Assembly: GCF_025699065.1 (NCBI RefSeq)
Contig: NZ_JAILWF010000001.1
Location: forward strand, 55,626-87,625
Reading direction: 5' to 3'
Length of the DNA: 32,000 nucleotides
DNA from: Nitrosarchaeum sp.
GTDB taxonomy: Archaea > Thermoproteota > Nitrososphaeria > Nitrososphaerales > Nitrosopumilaceae
Positions 16,361 through 25,589 of the stretch are shown here, one piece after another. Each line of letters starts with the position of its first letter. Position 1 is the first letter of the stretch. Under the pieces are notes generated by a model, which was not told where the DNA came from, searched no databases, and saw nothing but the letters and a program-made list of their open reading frames with translations. The translations under genes and the position numbers were made by a program.

Positions 16361-17173
16361 TTAACCTATTTTGTATGCATTAATTATTGATAATATTCCT
16401 AAAAGTGCTTCATCTAGACGTACAGTTTCAGTTGCCTGGTTTGGAAAGAAATTCAATGTTCTTGCATTCTGAACGTTTTTCATTTTACCTCCCAATATTT
16501 CATGAACTCCTTTTTCAGGCGAACCAAATACCACTAAAAGAGGAAGATCTGAGCTTAGATATTTTGTTAATTGTTCTTTTGTTGCCGTTCTACCCTTTCT
16601 TGAAGTAATTATGATGTTTCCTTGCCATTCAGTTAACAATGAAAATAAGCTTGCTCTCTCTTTAACTGCATAACCCCAATATGACGAGGTCTCATTTCTT
16701 TGAATTTCTTTAACTGAAAAATCTGGATATCCTGTCTTGAATTGGACGGTTGCTCTTTTACCGACATTTTCTTTTCCAAAAAATGGTATTAATTCATTAA
16801 TTCCAACATCAATGAATTTTTTACCCTTTAAACTTACTATTACTCCTTCTCTTACATCTCCAACGTTAATTTTTTTAGAATTTGCTGGTGTTGAGTGACT
16901 AGGAATTTTTAACGGATACAACACACCTGCAAACTTCAACTCGTTCATCTTTGGGAATAATCGTCTTCGCAAAAATTGAGGGGTCTCAAGATATCTTAAA
17001 ATTGTTACAAGTAAATTTCCGTCTTCTCTATAATTTCCTTCTTGGTAAACATAAATTGTATCGATTTTAAAAATTGCACAAGCTCTTGCAAGTACAGATA
17101 TTTTTCGTGTCTTATCCAGCTTTAAAGATTCATCAGATAATGCTGATTCAGGGATTGCAACAGAAATTTTCAA
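16361..17173 (-). CDS. Putative SPOUT-superfamily RNA methyltransferase (DUF171 / SPOUT1-like)
   Basis: 270 aa. The N-terminus MKISVAIPESALSDES and the length recall DUF171. The family call is from memory. Confidence 0.65.
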   Translation of the reverse strand: MKISVAIPESALSDESLKLDKTRKISVLARACAIFKIDTIYVYQEGNYREDGNLLVTILRYLETPQFLRRRLFPKMNELKFAGVLYPLKIPSHSTPANSKKINVGDVREGVIVSLKGKKFIDVGINELIPFFGKENVGKRATVQFKTGYPDFSVKEIQRNETSSYWGYAVKERASLFSLLTEWQGNIIITSRKGRTATKEQLTKYLSSDLPLLVVFGSPEKGVHEILGGKMKNVQNARTLNFFPNQATETVRLDEALLGILSIINAYKIG

Positions 17174-17201
17174 CGTAATTAAATCTCACATGTGACTATG
17201 A

Positions 17202-17939
17202 TTATTTTTTTTCGTGAGGATATTTCTCTTTGGCAGTTTTTGCATATTTTGCAATCTGTTCATCTGAGACTAGTTCAAATGTCTCTGTTTTGGTTTTAAT
17301 CTGTGCCATTCTGATATGACTTGTTCCTTCTCTGTCTTCACTAGATAGATAAATTGCTGCAGATGCTAATACTGATGCATCTTCTATTGACAGTTCATGA
17401 TTGTATGTTTTTTCTAAAAAGTCTGTTACTTGATCAGAACCAGATCCAATTGCAATTGCATCGTATGAAATGTATGTTCCACTTGGATCTGTGAGGTAAA
17501 GTTGTGCGTTGTTATTTACAACTCCTCCCAAAATTAATGCAACACCATATGGTCTTACACCTGCATACTGTGTATATTGTTGAGATTGATCAGCTAAATG
17601 TTTTGCAATTGTTTCAACTTCCACAGATTCATCATAAATCATCTTGTTACTTTGAGAAAAGAATCTAGCATTATCTACCTGACTTCTAGCATCTGGAATG
17701 TATCCTGCTGCTGCTACTCCTATATGATCATCAATTTGAAATATTTTTTGTGCAACATCTGTAATCTGTAATTTTCTTGGTTTTTCTTCTACTGCAATTA
17801 CGATTCCTTCTTTAGATTTTATCCCAACTGCGATAGTTCCTCTACGTACAGTCTCAATAGCATATTCTACTTGGTATAGTCTGCCGTCTGGTGAAAATAC
17901 TGTAATGGCTCTATCGTAGCCTTGTTGTGCAGGAAGCAT
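17202..17939 (-). CDS. psmA: Proteasome subunit alpha
   Basis: 245 aa. YDRAITVFSPDGRLYQVEYA is the alpha-subunit signature. Confidence 0.95.
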   Translation of the reverse strand: MLPAQQGYDRAITVFSPDGRLYQVEYAIETVRRGTIAVGIKSKEGIVIAVEEKPRKLQITDVAQKIFQIDDHIGVAAAGYIPDARSQVDNARFFSQSNKMIYDESVEVETIAKHLADQSQQYTQYAGVRPYGVALILGGVVNNNAQLYLTDPSGTYISYDAIAIGSGSDQVTDFLEKTYNHELSIEDASVLASAAIYLSSEDREGTSHIRMAQIKTKTETFELVSDEQIAKYAKTAKEKYPHEKK

Positions 17940-17991
17940 TTGATTTCAATGCTTTGAAAGTTTAATTTAAGCTTTGGTGCCCTCTCTTCCC

Positions 17992-18408
17992 ATGCGATTT
18001 GAGATTCAATTTTCTGGTCATGAAAATATACGATCAAATCATCAGAAAACAATTGAAATTACAAAAGAATCCCATCTCACTCCAAGCGGTGATTGTATCA
18101 TTGGTGTCAATGCTTCTGCTAGCTGTGCTGATTTGCCTGATTCAATTAAAAAAAAATTACAAAACCCAAATTCAAAAGTTAACTTTTCAATTAAAGTAGG
18201 TTCACATGAATTTGTTGTCGAAGGAAGAGGTCATGAGGATCTAATTCTTACTCATCATGAAGATATTGTAATACGAAAAAGTAATTTTGTCTGTCCAAGA
18301 ACATTGGCTGTAAAGTGCGACAAGGCATCGGATCTTCTGCCCAGAGAGATGATCTCTTTATTACAAAACCCTAACACTAGGGGCACATTTACAATAATGA
18401 TCGATTAA
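17992..18408 (+). CDS. DUF371 domain protein
   Basis: MRFEIQFSGHENIRSNHQKTIEITKESHLTPSGDCIIGV matches the DUF371 N-terminal pattern. I prefer the ATG at 17992 over the track's TTG at 17974. Confidence 0.65.
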   Translation: MRFEIQFSGHENIRSNHQKTIEITKESHLTPSGDCIIGVNASASCADLPDSIKKKLQNPNSKVNFSIKVGSHEFVVEGRGHEDLILTHHEDIVIRKSNFVCPRTLAVKCDKASDLLPREMISLLQNPNTRGTFTIMID

Positions 18409-18447
18409 ACATGTGACAATTTTATATGAATTAATTTAACGTAATAC

Positions 18448-18570
18448 ATGGGTCTAAAAACAAAAATTTTCATCCTAATTCCTCTGATAGTATTTGGTAC
18501 AATAATTTTTGGAACCGCGTTATATATGGAAATTTGTAAAAACTCTAGCTTGGCAGTGATTGACTGCTAA
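18448..18570 (+). CDS. Candidate 40-aa single-pass membrane micro-protein
   Basis: ATG ORF MGLKTKIFILIPLIVFGTIIFGTALYMEICKNSSLAVIDC, found by hand in an otherwise empty 250-bp gap. Confidence 0.3.
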   Translation: MGLKTKIFILIPLIVFGTIIFGTALYMEICKNSSLAVIDC

Positions 18571-18657
18571 TTTGCGGTCTTGTTTTTCAATTATTTTCTA
18601 CTTTAGTTAATTCTGATTTAGCATGGATTTCATAAACTACCCGTCCTTACAGACTTC

Positions 18658-18999
18658 ATGCAAAAACCTGTGATTGAATTACAAACATCTGAGGAACTAA
18701 CTGAAGTTGAGCTAAAAAAAATAAGAGAATATTTCAAAGAAATGCCAATCAATGATATTCTATCTGGTCTAAAATTCGCTAAAAACAGATGGTCTGCTAA
18801 AGACTCTGGGACGTTAAAAGTTGGCAGAAAAAGTATTATCCAAAAAGAGGTACATTCTGTTACTTCTGAACAGGCCCAGTGGAGATTAAAAAATTGGAAG
18901 ATGATGATTGCAAATTATCGTCGTAGAGGATACAGTTATCCGACCATATCTAGAATCAAAAAAATTTTAATTCAAAAAAGTAAAAAGAAAATAAAATAA
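18658..18999 (+). CDS. Hypothetical protein with an acidic N-terminus and a basic C-terminus
   Basis: 113-aa ATG ORF, convergent with the CdvB-like gene. No family recognised. Confidence 0.5.
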   Translation: MQKPVIELQTSEELTEVELKKIREYFKEMPINDILSGLKFAKNRWSAKDSGTLKVGRKSIIQKEVHSVTSEQAQWRLKNWKMMIANYRRRGYSYPTISRIKKILIQKSKKKIK

Positions 19000-19009
19000 T
19001 GCTTAACTT

Positions 19010-19666
19010 TTAGATTAAAACATCTGAGGTTCTTCTTTGGGGTGTGCCTTGTTTTAGTGTGTCTGGAATATCTGGTATTGATGATTTGGTTTGTCCTGCA
19101 ATTATAGAATGTGCTTCTTCAAGAATTGCCAATGTGTCTGCGTTGTTATTTGTATTTCCAAGGCTCATCAAATCATTTCCTTCCATCGATGATCCACTCA
19201 TTACATCTCCCAATATTTGTGACAAGTCTTGCATAGATGATGTTGCTTCTGGCATGATACCACTTAGTGAAGGACTCAATCCTTTGATTATTGACATACA
19301 TGGACTAAGTGTAACTACCACATCTCCAAGTTCAGACACTGTATTGAGCCTTAATTGAATTTGCTCCATTGATAATTTTGCCCCGCTTACCATGTTTTTC
19401 ATTTTTCTAACTTGGACGAGCTCGTTTGCATATGCTTGTGCATATGCATTGTTGTGTGTTTTTTGTGCATTGACTACTTTCTCAAAAATTCCGTCGTGTT
19501 TTTTTTGTAGTTTTTCATTAATCCCTTCTAATTTACTTATTTGAAATTGTAATTTTCTTTGTGCTTCTTCAATTCTAGATTTTAATGGAATATCTGGTCT
19601 TACTTTTCCCATTACTCGTTGAGAAATACTTTCTCCTTCGGTTTTATTCCATGAGTTACTTATCAA
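19010..19666 (-). CDS. cdvB: ESCRT-III / Snf7-family protein (CdvB paralogue)
   Basis: 218 aa with long helical heptad segments (RIEEAQRKLQFQISKLEGINEKLQKK..., ELVQVRKMKNMVSGAKLSMEQIQLRLNTVSELGDVVVTLSP). The C-tail is flexible, with a Pro-containing SSIPDIPDTL motif. The start is uncertain: TTG at 19666 or ATG at 19612. Confidence 0.7.
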   Translation of the reverse strand: MISNSWNKTEGESISQRVMGKVRPDIPLKSRIEEAQRKLQFQISKLEGINEKLQKKHDGIFEKVVNAQKTHNNAYAQAYANELVQVRKMKNMVSGAKLSMEQIQLRLNTVSELGDVVVTLSPCMSIIKGLSPSLSGIMPEATSSMQDLSQILGDVMSGSSMEGNDLMSLGNTNNNADTLAILEEAHSIIAGQTKSSIPDIPDTLKQGTPQRRTSDVLI

Positions 19667-19762
19667 ATCTTCATTTCCCCATTATGGGTGTAGTTTTTTG
19701 TTTTAAATGAATTTGTCACTCTTCTATGTGTATCCATGGTAACATGGGACTTGGGTTACACA

Positions 19763-20872
19763 TTATCCAAACGTAAATGTGTATATTTGAAATCCTGGTT
19801 CGTTTATCTTGATTTCTAGTATGTGCGATGAAGGCTCATTGCTGTTTACAATATTGTACAGTCCTGCTTCTGAAACTGTAATTTTGCCCTCTTCATTTAC
19901 ATCAGTACCTGCATAATCTTTTGAGATAGGCAACCCATCAAGGAGTATCTCTAATTTTGCCATGTTAGATGTAACGATGTTTACTTCTTTTGCATTATAA
20001 TGCAGTTTGATTGAACCGTTGCTTGAAACTAGCTCCATGCTGTCTTCTAGGTTTTTCCATTCTCCTACTGGATAAAATTTGTGTAATTCGATATTATTTG
20101 GTTCAGAATATGTTACTGTCTTTTCTGGGCTGAATCCTTCGTTACTTCCCAGCTGATTTCTGCCTTGAGCAAAGTCATATCCAAAATACAATTCCGGTGT
20201 TCTGAAATTTGAATGCTCAAATTCTTTAATGTCTACTAGTTTTTCAGTAGAATTAATTTGTAATCCTAAATTTATTGCCCTTTCTTTTAGTAATGATTGA
20301 ATTACTTTTTCTGTCTCCTTGTAATCTCCCTCTCCAATATGATCATATCTTATGTATCCTTCATCATCTGCAATGTATTTTCTGGGCCAATATCGATTTT
20401 CAAATGCTTTCCATGTTGCCATATCGTTATCCATTACAACTGGATACTTTATTCCATGTTTGATGATTGCAGATTTTACATTTTCAGGAATTTTTTCAAA
20501 TTCAAATTCAGGAGAATGAATTCCTATTATTAATAATCCTTCATCTGAATATTTTTCATTCCATGCAACAATGTATGGTAGGGTTCTCACACAGTTAATG
20601 CAACTATACGTCCATATGTCATACAGCACAACTTTTCCTTTCATTTCTTTTGCCAACTCTTCCGGTGTTGTGTTAAAATAATTTGCAATTCCTACAATCT
20701 GTGGTGCTTTTTTAAACTTTGATTTGTCTATGTTGTTTACAGCATTTGTTTCAAGCGAACTATCTGATGTTTCTATGTCTGAATTTATTGAAGACAGTAG
20801 TACGCTGATTGTTCCTACAATACCTATTATGATCATCCCAAAAATGATTGCAGTTTTAATTTCTGATTTCAT
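19763..20872 (-). CDS. Membrane-anchored thioredoxin-like (redoxin) protein with a C-terminal beta-sandwich-like domain (DipZ C-terminal half-like)
   Basis: 369 aa with an N-terminal TM helix. The thioredoxin-fold motif is DIWTYSCINCVRTLPYI...IIGIHSPEFEFEK, followed by about 170 aa beyond the Trx domain. Confidence 0.75.
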   Translation of the reverse strand: MKSEIKTAIIFGMIIIGIVGTISVLLSSINSDIETSDSSLETNAVNNIDKSKFKKAPQIVGIANYFNTTPEELAKEMKGKVVLYDIWTYSCINCVRTLPYIVAWNEKYSDEGLLIIGIHSPEFEFEKIPENVKSAIIKHGIKYPVVMDNDMATWKAFENRYWPRKYIADDEGYIRYDHIGEGDYKETEKVIQSLLKERAINLGLQINSTEKLVDIKEFEHSNFRTPELYFGYDFAQGRNQLGSNEGFSPEKTVTYSEPNNIELHKFYPVGEWKNLEDSMELVSSNGSIKLHYNAKEVNIVTSNMAKLEILLDGLPISKDYAGTDVNEEGKITVSEAGLYNIVNSNEPSSHILEIKINEPGFQIYTFTFG

Positions 20873-20876
20873 CTAA

Positions 20877-21611
20877 TTAACTCCAAAGTAATAACTCATT
20901 GAGTAATGGAAAATTAGCAATGTATGCCAATTGATTTGTAAATACTAAGACTCCCAAAAGTATAATGAATGAACCTAAAATTATGTTGTAGAATTTTAAA
21001 TGTCTGCTCATAATTTTTATTATTTTATTTGCTCTTGAATAAAATACTCCCATTAGGATAAATGGTATGCCTAACCCTAGAGAGTATACTAACAGTAAAT
21101 TGAAAGCAACTGACGGTGTTGTTGCTGCAAGAGTTAGAATAGTCCCCAAAATAGGCCCTACACATGGAGTCCAACCTGCAGCAAATGCTAATCCAAACAC
21201 AAAAGAAAGTGGAAAGCTTGCTCTAGTTCGTTTAGGTAAGAACTTTTTTTCAACATTTAGTTTACTGATTTTTGTAGATAATATCAGAAAAGTTCCAAAA
21301 CTTACAATAATAATTCCGCCTACCTGATTTAATACTCCGATTACTTCACCAACTGTATTTGCTAATATACTGTTAATTATTACCCCTAATGTAGAAAACA
21401 CAACTGAAAATCCAAGAACAAAAAATACTGAATTCAGTATGATGTTTGTTCTGTTAATTGTAACTGTTTTGCTTCCTTTATTTTGATTAAGATCGCTTAG
21501 TGTAGTTCCTGAAATATATGCTAGAAATGCTGGAATCATAGGTAGTATACATGGAGCAACAAATGAGGCTAACCCTGCCAATGCTGCAACTGCAAGTGTA
21601 ACTTCTACCAT
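20877..21611 (-). CDS. ccdA: CcdA/DsbD-family transmembrane thiol-disulfide electron transporter
   Basis: 244 aa, polytopic. It has the two conserved Cys motifs APCILPMIPAF and WTPCVGPILG. Confidence 0.85.
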   Translation of the reverse strand: MVEVTLAVAALAGLASFVAPCILPMIPAFLAYISGTTLSDLNQNKGSKTVTINRTNIILNSVFFVLGFSVVFSTLGVIINSILANTVGEVIGVLNQVGGIIIVSFGTFLILSTKISKLNVEKKFLPKRTRASFPLSFVFGLAFAAGWTPCVGPILGTILTLAATTPSVAFNLLLVYSLGLGIPFILMGVFYSRANKIIKIMSRHLKFYNIILGSFIILLGVLVFTNQLAYIANFPLLNELLLWS

Positions 21612-21698
21612 GAATTAATTTGGTAATTTTTCTTTTAAAGGATTGTTCCAAATCTGCTGGTACATTTCATTTTTATCTAAGATGAAATTTGTTTTATT

Positions 21699-21803
21699 AT
21701 GAACAAGCGATTCATTCTTGTGGGTATTGCCTTAGGAATTATTGTTACTCTTGCCGTATTAATTGGATCTCCTGCAATCGGTGGATTTGATTCGCTTCGT
21801 TAA
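21699..21803 (+). CDS. Candidate 34-aa single-pass membrane micro-protein
   Basis: ATG ORF MNKRFILVGIALGIIVTLAVLIGSPAIGGFDSLR, found by hand upstream of the response regulator gene. Confidence 0.3.
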   Translation: MNKRFILVGIALGIIVTLAVLIGSPAIGGFDSLR

Positions 21804-21884
21804 TACAATTATCTATATTTCAATTAAATATTAAAAAAATTTTTTAACTAAAATTATTATTGTACAATCAAATCATCCATTTCG

Positions 21885-22247
21885 TTGCCTAGCGTTCTTG
21901 TTGTTGATGATGATCCTGACAGTCGTGATGCTTTATCTGATCTGCTTGAATTAAAGGGGGTTGAAGTTTTAGCAAAGGGAATTAATGGGCATGACGCTGT
22001 ACAAAAATTTTCTCAGCATAAACCTGATCTAGTATTGATGGATATGATGATGCCTAATTTTGATGGGATGTATGGTTTGGAACATATTAAAAATATTGAT
22101 TCAAGTGCCAAAGTGATAATGATAACTGCAGATCAATCACAAACAACACGTGATAAAATTTACAGATATCCAAATACGAAAATTATTGCTAAGCCTATTG
22201 ATGTTGATGAACTAATTAAACTGATTATGGAAAAATCATTTTGGTAA
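21885..22247 (+). CDS. Receiver-only (CheY-like) response regulator
   Basis: 120 aa with a TTG start. VLVVDDDPD, phospho-acceptor context DLVLMDMMMPNFDG, MITAD and AKP are present. There is no output domain. Confidence 0.85.
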   Translation: MPSVLVVDDDPDSRDALSDLLELKGVEVLAKGINGHDAVQKFSQHKPDLVLMDMMMPNFDGMYGLEHIKNIDSSAKVIMITADQSQTTRDKIYRYPNTKIIAKPIDVDELIKLIMEKSFW

Positions 22248-23948
22248 TGTTATTGTAAATGTAGTTGGATTGTTTTTTACTGATATTTTTCCACCATGCT
22301 GTTCTATGATATTTTTACAACTTACCAATCCTAGACCCGTACCAGTTTGCTTAGTGGTGTAGAGTGGCTCAAAAATTTTATTCATATCATATTCATTGAT
22401 TCCTGAACCTGAATCGATTACATCTATGACTGCATTCTTTTCTTCATCATGGAATTTGATTTCTATATTTCCTGGATTATCTCCGATTGCATCCATTGCA
22501 TTTTTTATTAGATTTGAAAAAACAATTTCTAATTTCCCTTCATCTGCTAAAACCGTTATGTCGTTATCTGGAATCTTGATGTTGATTTTATTTGGTTGTA
22601 GCTCATTAACAATGTTTGTAAGACAAGATTTTACTGACATTTGTTTCTTTTGAAGTTCTGTTGTTTTTACATAATCTAAAACATCTTCAATTTGATTAGT
22701 CATTCGCTGTATTGCATTGTTAATTCGTTGTATACTCTCGTGATCTTTTGAAGATAGTGACTCTTTATTTCGTATTAGTGCTATTTCCACTGATGATTTA
22801 ATTACGCTTAACGGATTTCTTAAATCATGGGATAATCTAGCCGCAAGTTCTCCTATTGCGGATAATCTTTCTGCTTTAATCAATTCGTTTGTTAGGTTGT
22901 CTATTTTTACATTTTTTGTATCAAGCGCATTGGTTAGTTTTGAATTAAGGATTACAATTATGCTTGAAAATACGACTAGTAATGTTATTAGGACTAGCGA
23001 AAAGAACATCATGAAATTTCCACTCTGTTCAATACTCCAAAAATAGTTTAATGCAAACAAAACTGCGATTGTTGTAACAATTATCAAAACAAGTACTAGA
23101 TTAATTCCATATGTTGCAATGTTTTTTGCTGTGATAGGTTCCTCATTGTTTTGATATTTTTTGGGTTTATTTCTTTTGGAACTTTGAATTAATTTATACA
23201 TTGCAAAACTCCATGCCACATAACTAATTAACCACAAAATATCTATTGGATGTCCATCAAAATACGCATCATCAATAACTAAAATCAAATATATGTTATC
23301 AGCTATTATGAAACTTACAATCCCGATTAAAATTAATGTCCAAAAAGAATTCTTATTAATTTTGAATGATAAAATTATTGACATTATTGCAGGAATTAAT
23401 AAAATCGCATCTACAATTGGATAAATTAACGCAACTGCAATTTCAAAAAATTCAGTTTCTATATTGGCCTGAAAAGTAATTGCTAAAATAGGAATTAAAA
23501 TTGATGCTGATACTATGATGGCAAATACTATGTGTTTTTTCTTTATGTGATCACGTAATGGTTTCAAGAAAATCATTAATGAGATAAACATGAAAATTGG
23601 CGCTATGATATAGAAAAAGTCCGCAATGGATGGATAGGGATCAATAAATAAAACATGTTCATGCAAATTCCATGTCTGTTCTGCTGCAAACCATGAACAA
23701 AATGATAAAACTAGGAAAACAAGTGATTTTTTACTAATTTCGTTTATTCTGTCAGCACTTGATAATGCCCATATGGCCATAATTATCAGAACTCCCGTAA
23801 TTATAGTGTAGATTGGTAATGAGATATACTCTGAAAAATATTTAATGCTTACTACATTATTGACACCGTATAACGAAACTAGTGCAAAAATTATGCAACC
23901 AAATATAATTTTGTTATTAATGCCTATTTTTTTTTCGTTTCTTTCCAA
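22236..23948 (-). CDS. Polytopic-membrane sensor histidine kinase (HisKA + HATPase_c)
   Basis: 570 aa. About 330 N-terminal residues are highly hydrophobic with many predicted TM helices. H-box LSHDLRNPL, N-box FSNLIKNAMDA, G-boxes DSGSGI and GTGLGL. TTG start. Confidence 0.9.
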   Translation of the reverse strand: MERNEKKIGINNKIIFGCIIFALVSLYGVNNVVSIKYFSEYISLPIYTIITGVLIIMAIWALSSADRINEISKKSLVFLVLSFCSWFAAEQTWNLHEHVLFIDPYPSIADFFYIIAPIFMFISLMIFLKPLRDHIKKKHIVFAIIVSASILIPILAITFQANIETEFFEIAVALIYPIVDAILLIPAIMSIILSFKINKNSFWTLILIGIVSFIIADNIYLILVIDDAYFDGHPIDILWLISYVAWSFAMYKLIQSSKRNKPKKYQNNEEPITAKNIATYGINLVLVLIIVTTIAVLFALNYFWSIEQSGNFMMFFSLVLITLLVVFSSIIVILNSKLTNALDTKNVKIDNLTNELIKAERLSAIGELAARLSHDLRNPLSVIKSSVEIALIRNKESLSSKDHESIQRINNAIQRMTNQIEDVLDYVKTTELQKKQMSVKSCLTNIVNELQPNKINIKIPDNDITVLADEGKLEIVFSNLIKNAMDAIGDNPGNIEIKFHDEEKNAVIDVIDSGSGINEYDMNKIFEPLYTTKQTGTGLGLVSCKNIIEQHGGKISVKNNPTTFTITLPK

Positions 23949-24021
23949 ATTTAGAAGTATGGCCTCGTTTTGAATTTGTCCAATGTTATGATATAATATT
24001 TTGGATGTGTGTCGACATTAT

Positions 24022-25158
24022 TCATATTTTGAATTTTTTTTGAGCCTGTTCAAAAATGTTCAAAGCATCGTTAATGTTCTTTTTAGATAGCCATGCTGTG
24101 ACTGAAATTCTTAATCTAGCTTTATTTTTTGGCACTGTTGGATATCTAATTGGCTGCGCAAACACTCCTTTTTTAAGAAGGAATTTTCCAAAATCCATGG
24201 CTGTTTTTTCATTGCCAATAACGATAGGAATTATGTGTGTCTTTGAACTAATTTGATATCCTAATTGCTTTAACCCGTTTGTTAAGATGCTAGTATTTCT
24301 TGCTAGTCTCTTTCGTTGTTTCTCTCTGTCGATTTGCATTCTGTTTAATGAATACTGAATTAAAAATGATGGAAGTGCAGATGTGTATATGAATGATTTT
24401 GATTTATTTATGCATAAATCTATTACATTGTTTTGTGATGAAACGTATCCTCCAAAAGATCCTAACCCTTTGCTAAGGCTGCTGATGTATATGTCAATTT
24501 TTTTTGTAACATTGAAATGATTTGGGGTTCCTTTCCCGTCTGTTCCAACTGTAAAATCTCCATGTGCATCATCTAGTACTGTGATTGCATTTGATCTTTC
24601 TGAAACATCCGTAATTTCTTTTAACTTTGAAAAGTCTCCATCCATACTGAAAATACCTTCTGTAATGATAAATTTATTTTTGCCCTGTTGATTGAGTTTT
24701 TTTGTCAAGTCTTCAATATCGTTATGTTTGTAAACTAAAATTTTTGCACCTGAAAGTCTACATGATTCTATTATGCTTGCATGATTTAACTCATCACTTA
24801 AAATTAAATCTCCTTTTTTTGCAATTGTGGTGATTGTCCCTAAATTTGCCATATACCCTGTTGGATAAACCAAACTTGCTTGTTTTGATTTATGTTTTGA
24901 AAGTTTGTCTTCTAATTTTTTATATATCTCATCGTTTCCTGAAACTAATCTTGAACTTGATTGCATCTGATTTATTTTTATTTTTGTAATTGGTATGCCT
25001 AAATAATCATTTGAGCAAAGATTCAGCAGTTTTTTATTTTTTATTGTTATGTATGCGTTATTTACTTTAACGTCTCTTAATTTTCTGTACAGGTTATTTT
25101 CTTTAATTTGTTCTAGTTCTATATCTGCAAAATTTAATTTATTGTTCACTTTCAACAC
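24022..25158 (-). CDS. bioF: 8-amino-7-oxononanoate synthase (alpha-oxoamine synthase family)
   Basis: 378 aa. VLDDAHG and PLP-Lys context SSLSKGLGSFGGYV are present. It is clustered with bioB and bioA. A Kbl-type enzyme cannot be excluded from the sequence alone. Confidence 0.8.
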   Translation of the reverse strand: MLKVNNKLNFADIELEQIKENNLYRKLRDVKVNNAYITIKNKKLLNLCSNDYLGIPITKIKINQMQSSSRLVSGNDEIYKKLEDKLSKHKSKQASLVYPTGYMANLGTITTIAKKGDLILSDELNHASIIESCRLSGAKILVYKHNDIEDLTKKLNQQGKNKFIITEGIFSMDGDFSKLKEITDVSERSNAITVLDDAHGDFTVGTDGKGTPNHFNVTKKIDIYISSLSKGLGSFGGYVSSQNNVIDLCINKSKSFIYTSALPSFLIQYSLNRMQIDREKQRKRLARNTSILTNGLKQLGYQISSKTHIIPIVIGNEKTAMDFGKFLLKKGVFAQPIRYPTVPKNKARLRISVTAWLSKKNINDALNIFEQAQKKFKI

Positions 25159-25418
25159 TGAAATCCGTCATGCGTAAATTCTTTTCTCATTGTTGTTAAT
25201 TTGCTAATCTTAGATGTTGACCATATTATTGGCTTTGAATTTGCAGTGTTGTTTAATTATAACACCCTGTCTTTTATATTGTAAATTTTTGTGATATTAT
25301 TGGCATGATTACAAATATTGAACAAATAATGGAAGATCAAAGGAATATAGTTGAATTACAATTAGCTATTAAGAAACTAAAATTTCAAAGAACGAAAAAA
25401 CCATCAGTTCAAATTTGT

Positions 25419-25589
25419 TTATGATGATTCAATCTGTATTATTTTTATAATCTCGCTTTCATCATAAAAATAATGTTTGTTTTCTAAACAATTTGAACAT
25501 ACAAACCAATTAGGAGTATAATTACTTTTTTTTGCTCCTCTGTAAACTATTTTGTATTTTGGACAATGCCTTTCATCGCAAATATTCAT
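25419..25589 (-). CDS. Candidate 56-aa zinc-ribbon-like micro-protein
   Basis: Hand-found ORF MNICDERHCPKYKIVYRGAKKSNYTPNWFVCSNCLENKHYFYDESEIIKIIQIESS, with CxxxxC...CxxC. Its ATG overlaps the upstream ORF's TGA as ATGA (25586-25589). Confidence 0.4.
   Translation of the reverse strand: MNICDERHCPKYKIVYRGAKKSNYTPNWFVCSNCLENKHYFYDESEIIKIIQIESS

Noticed and set aside
17867-18052. 61-aa minus-strand ORF spanning the psmA / DUF371 intergenic region
   Set aside because: It overlaps the psmA 5' end and the DUF371 start, and it has no features. It sits in a divergent promoter region.
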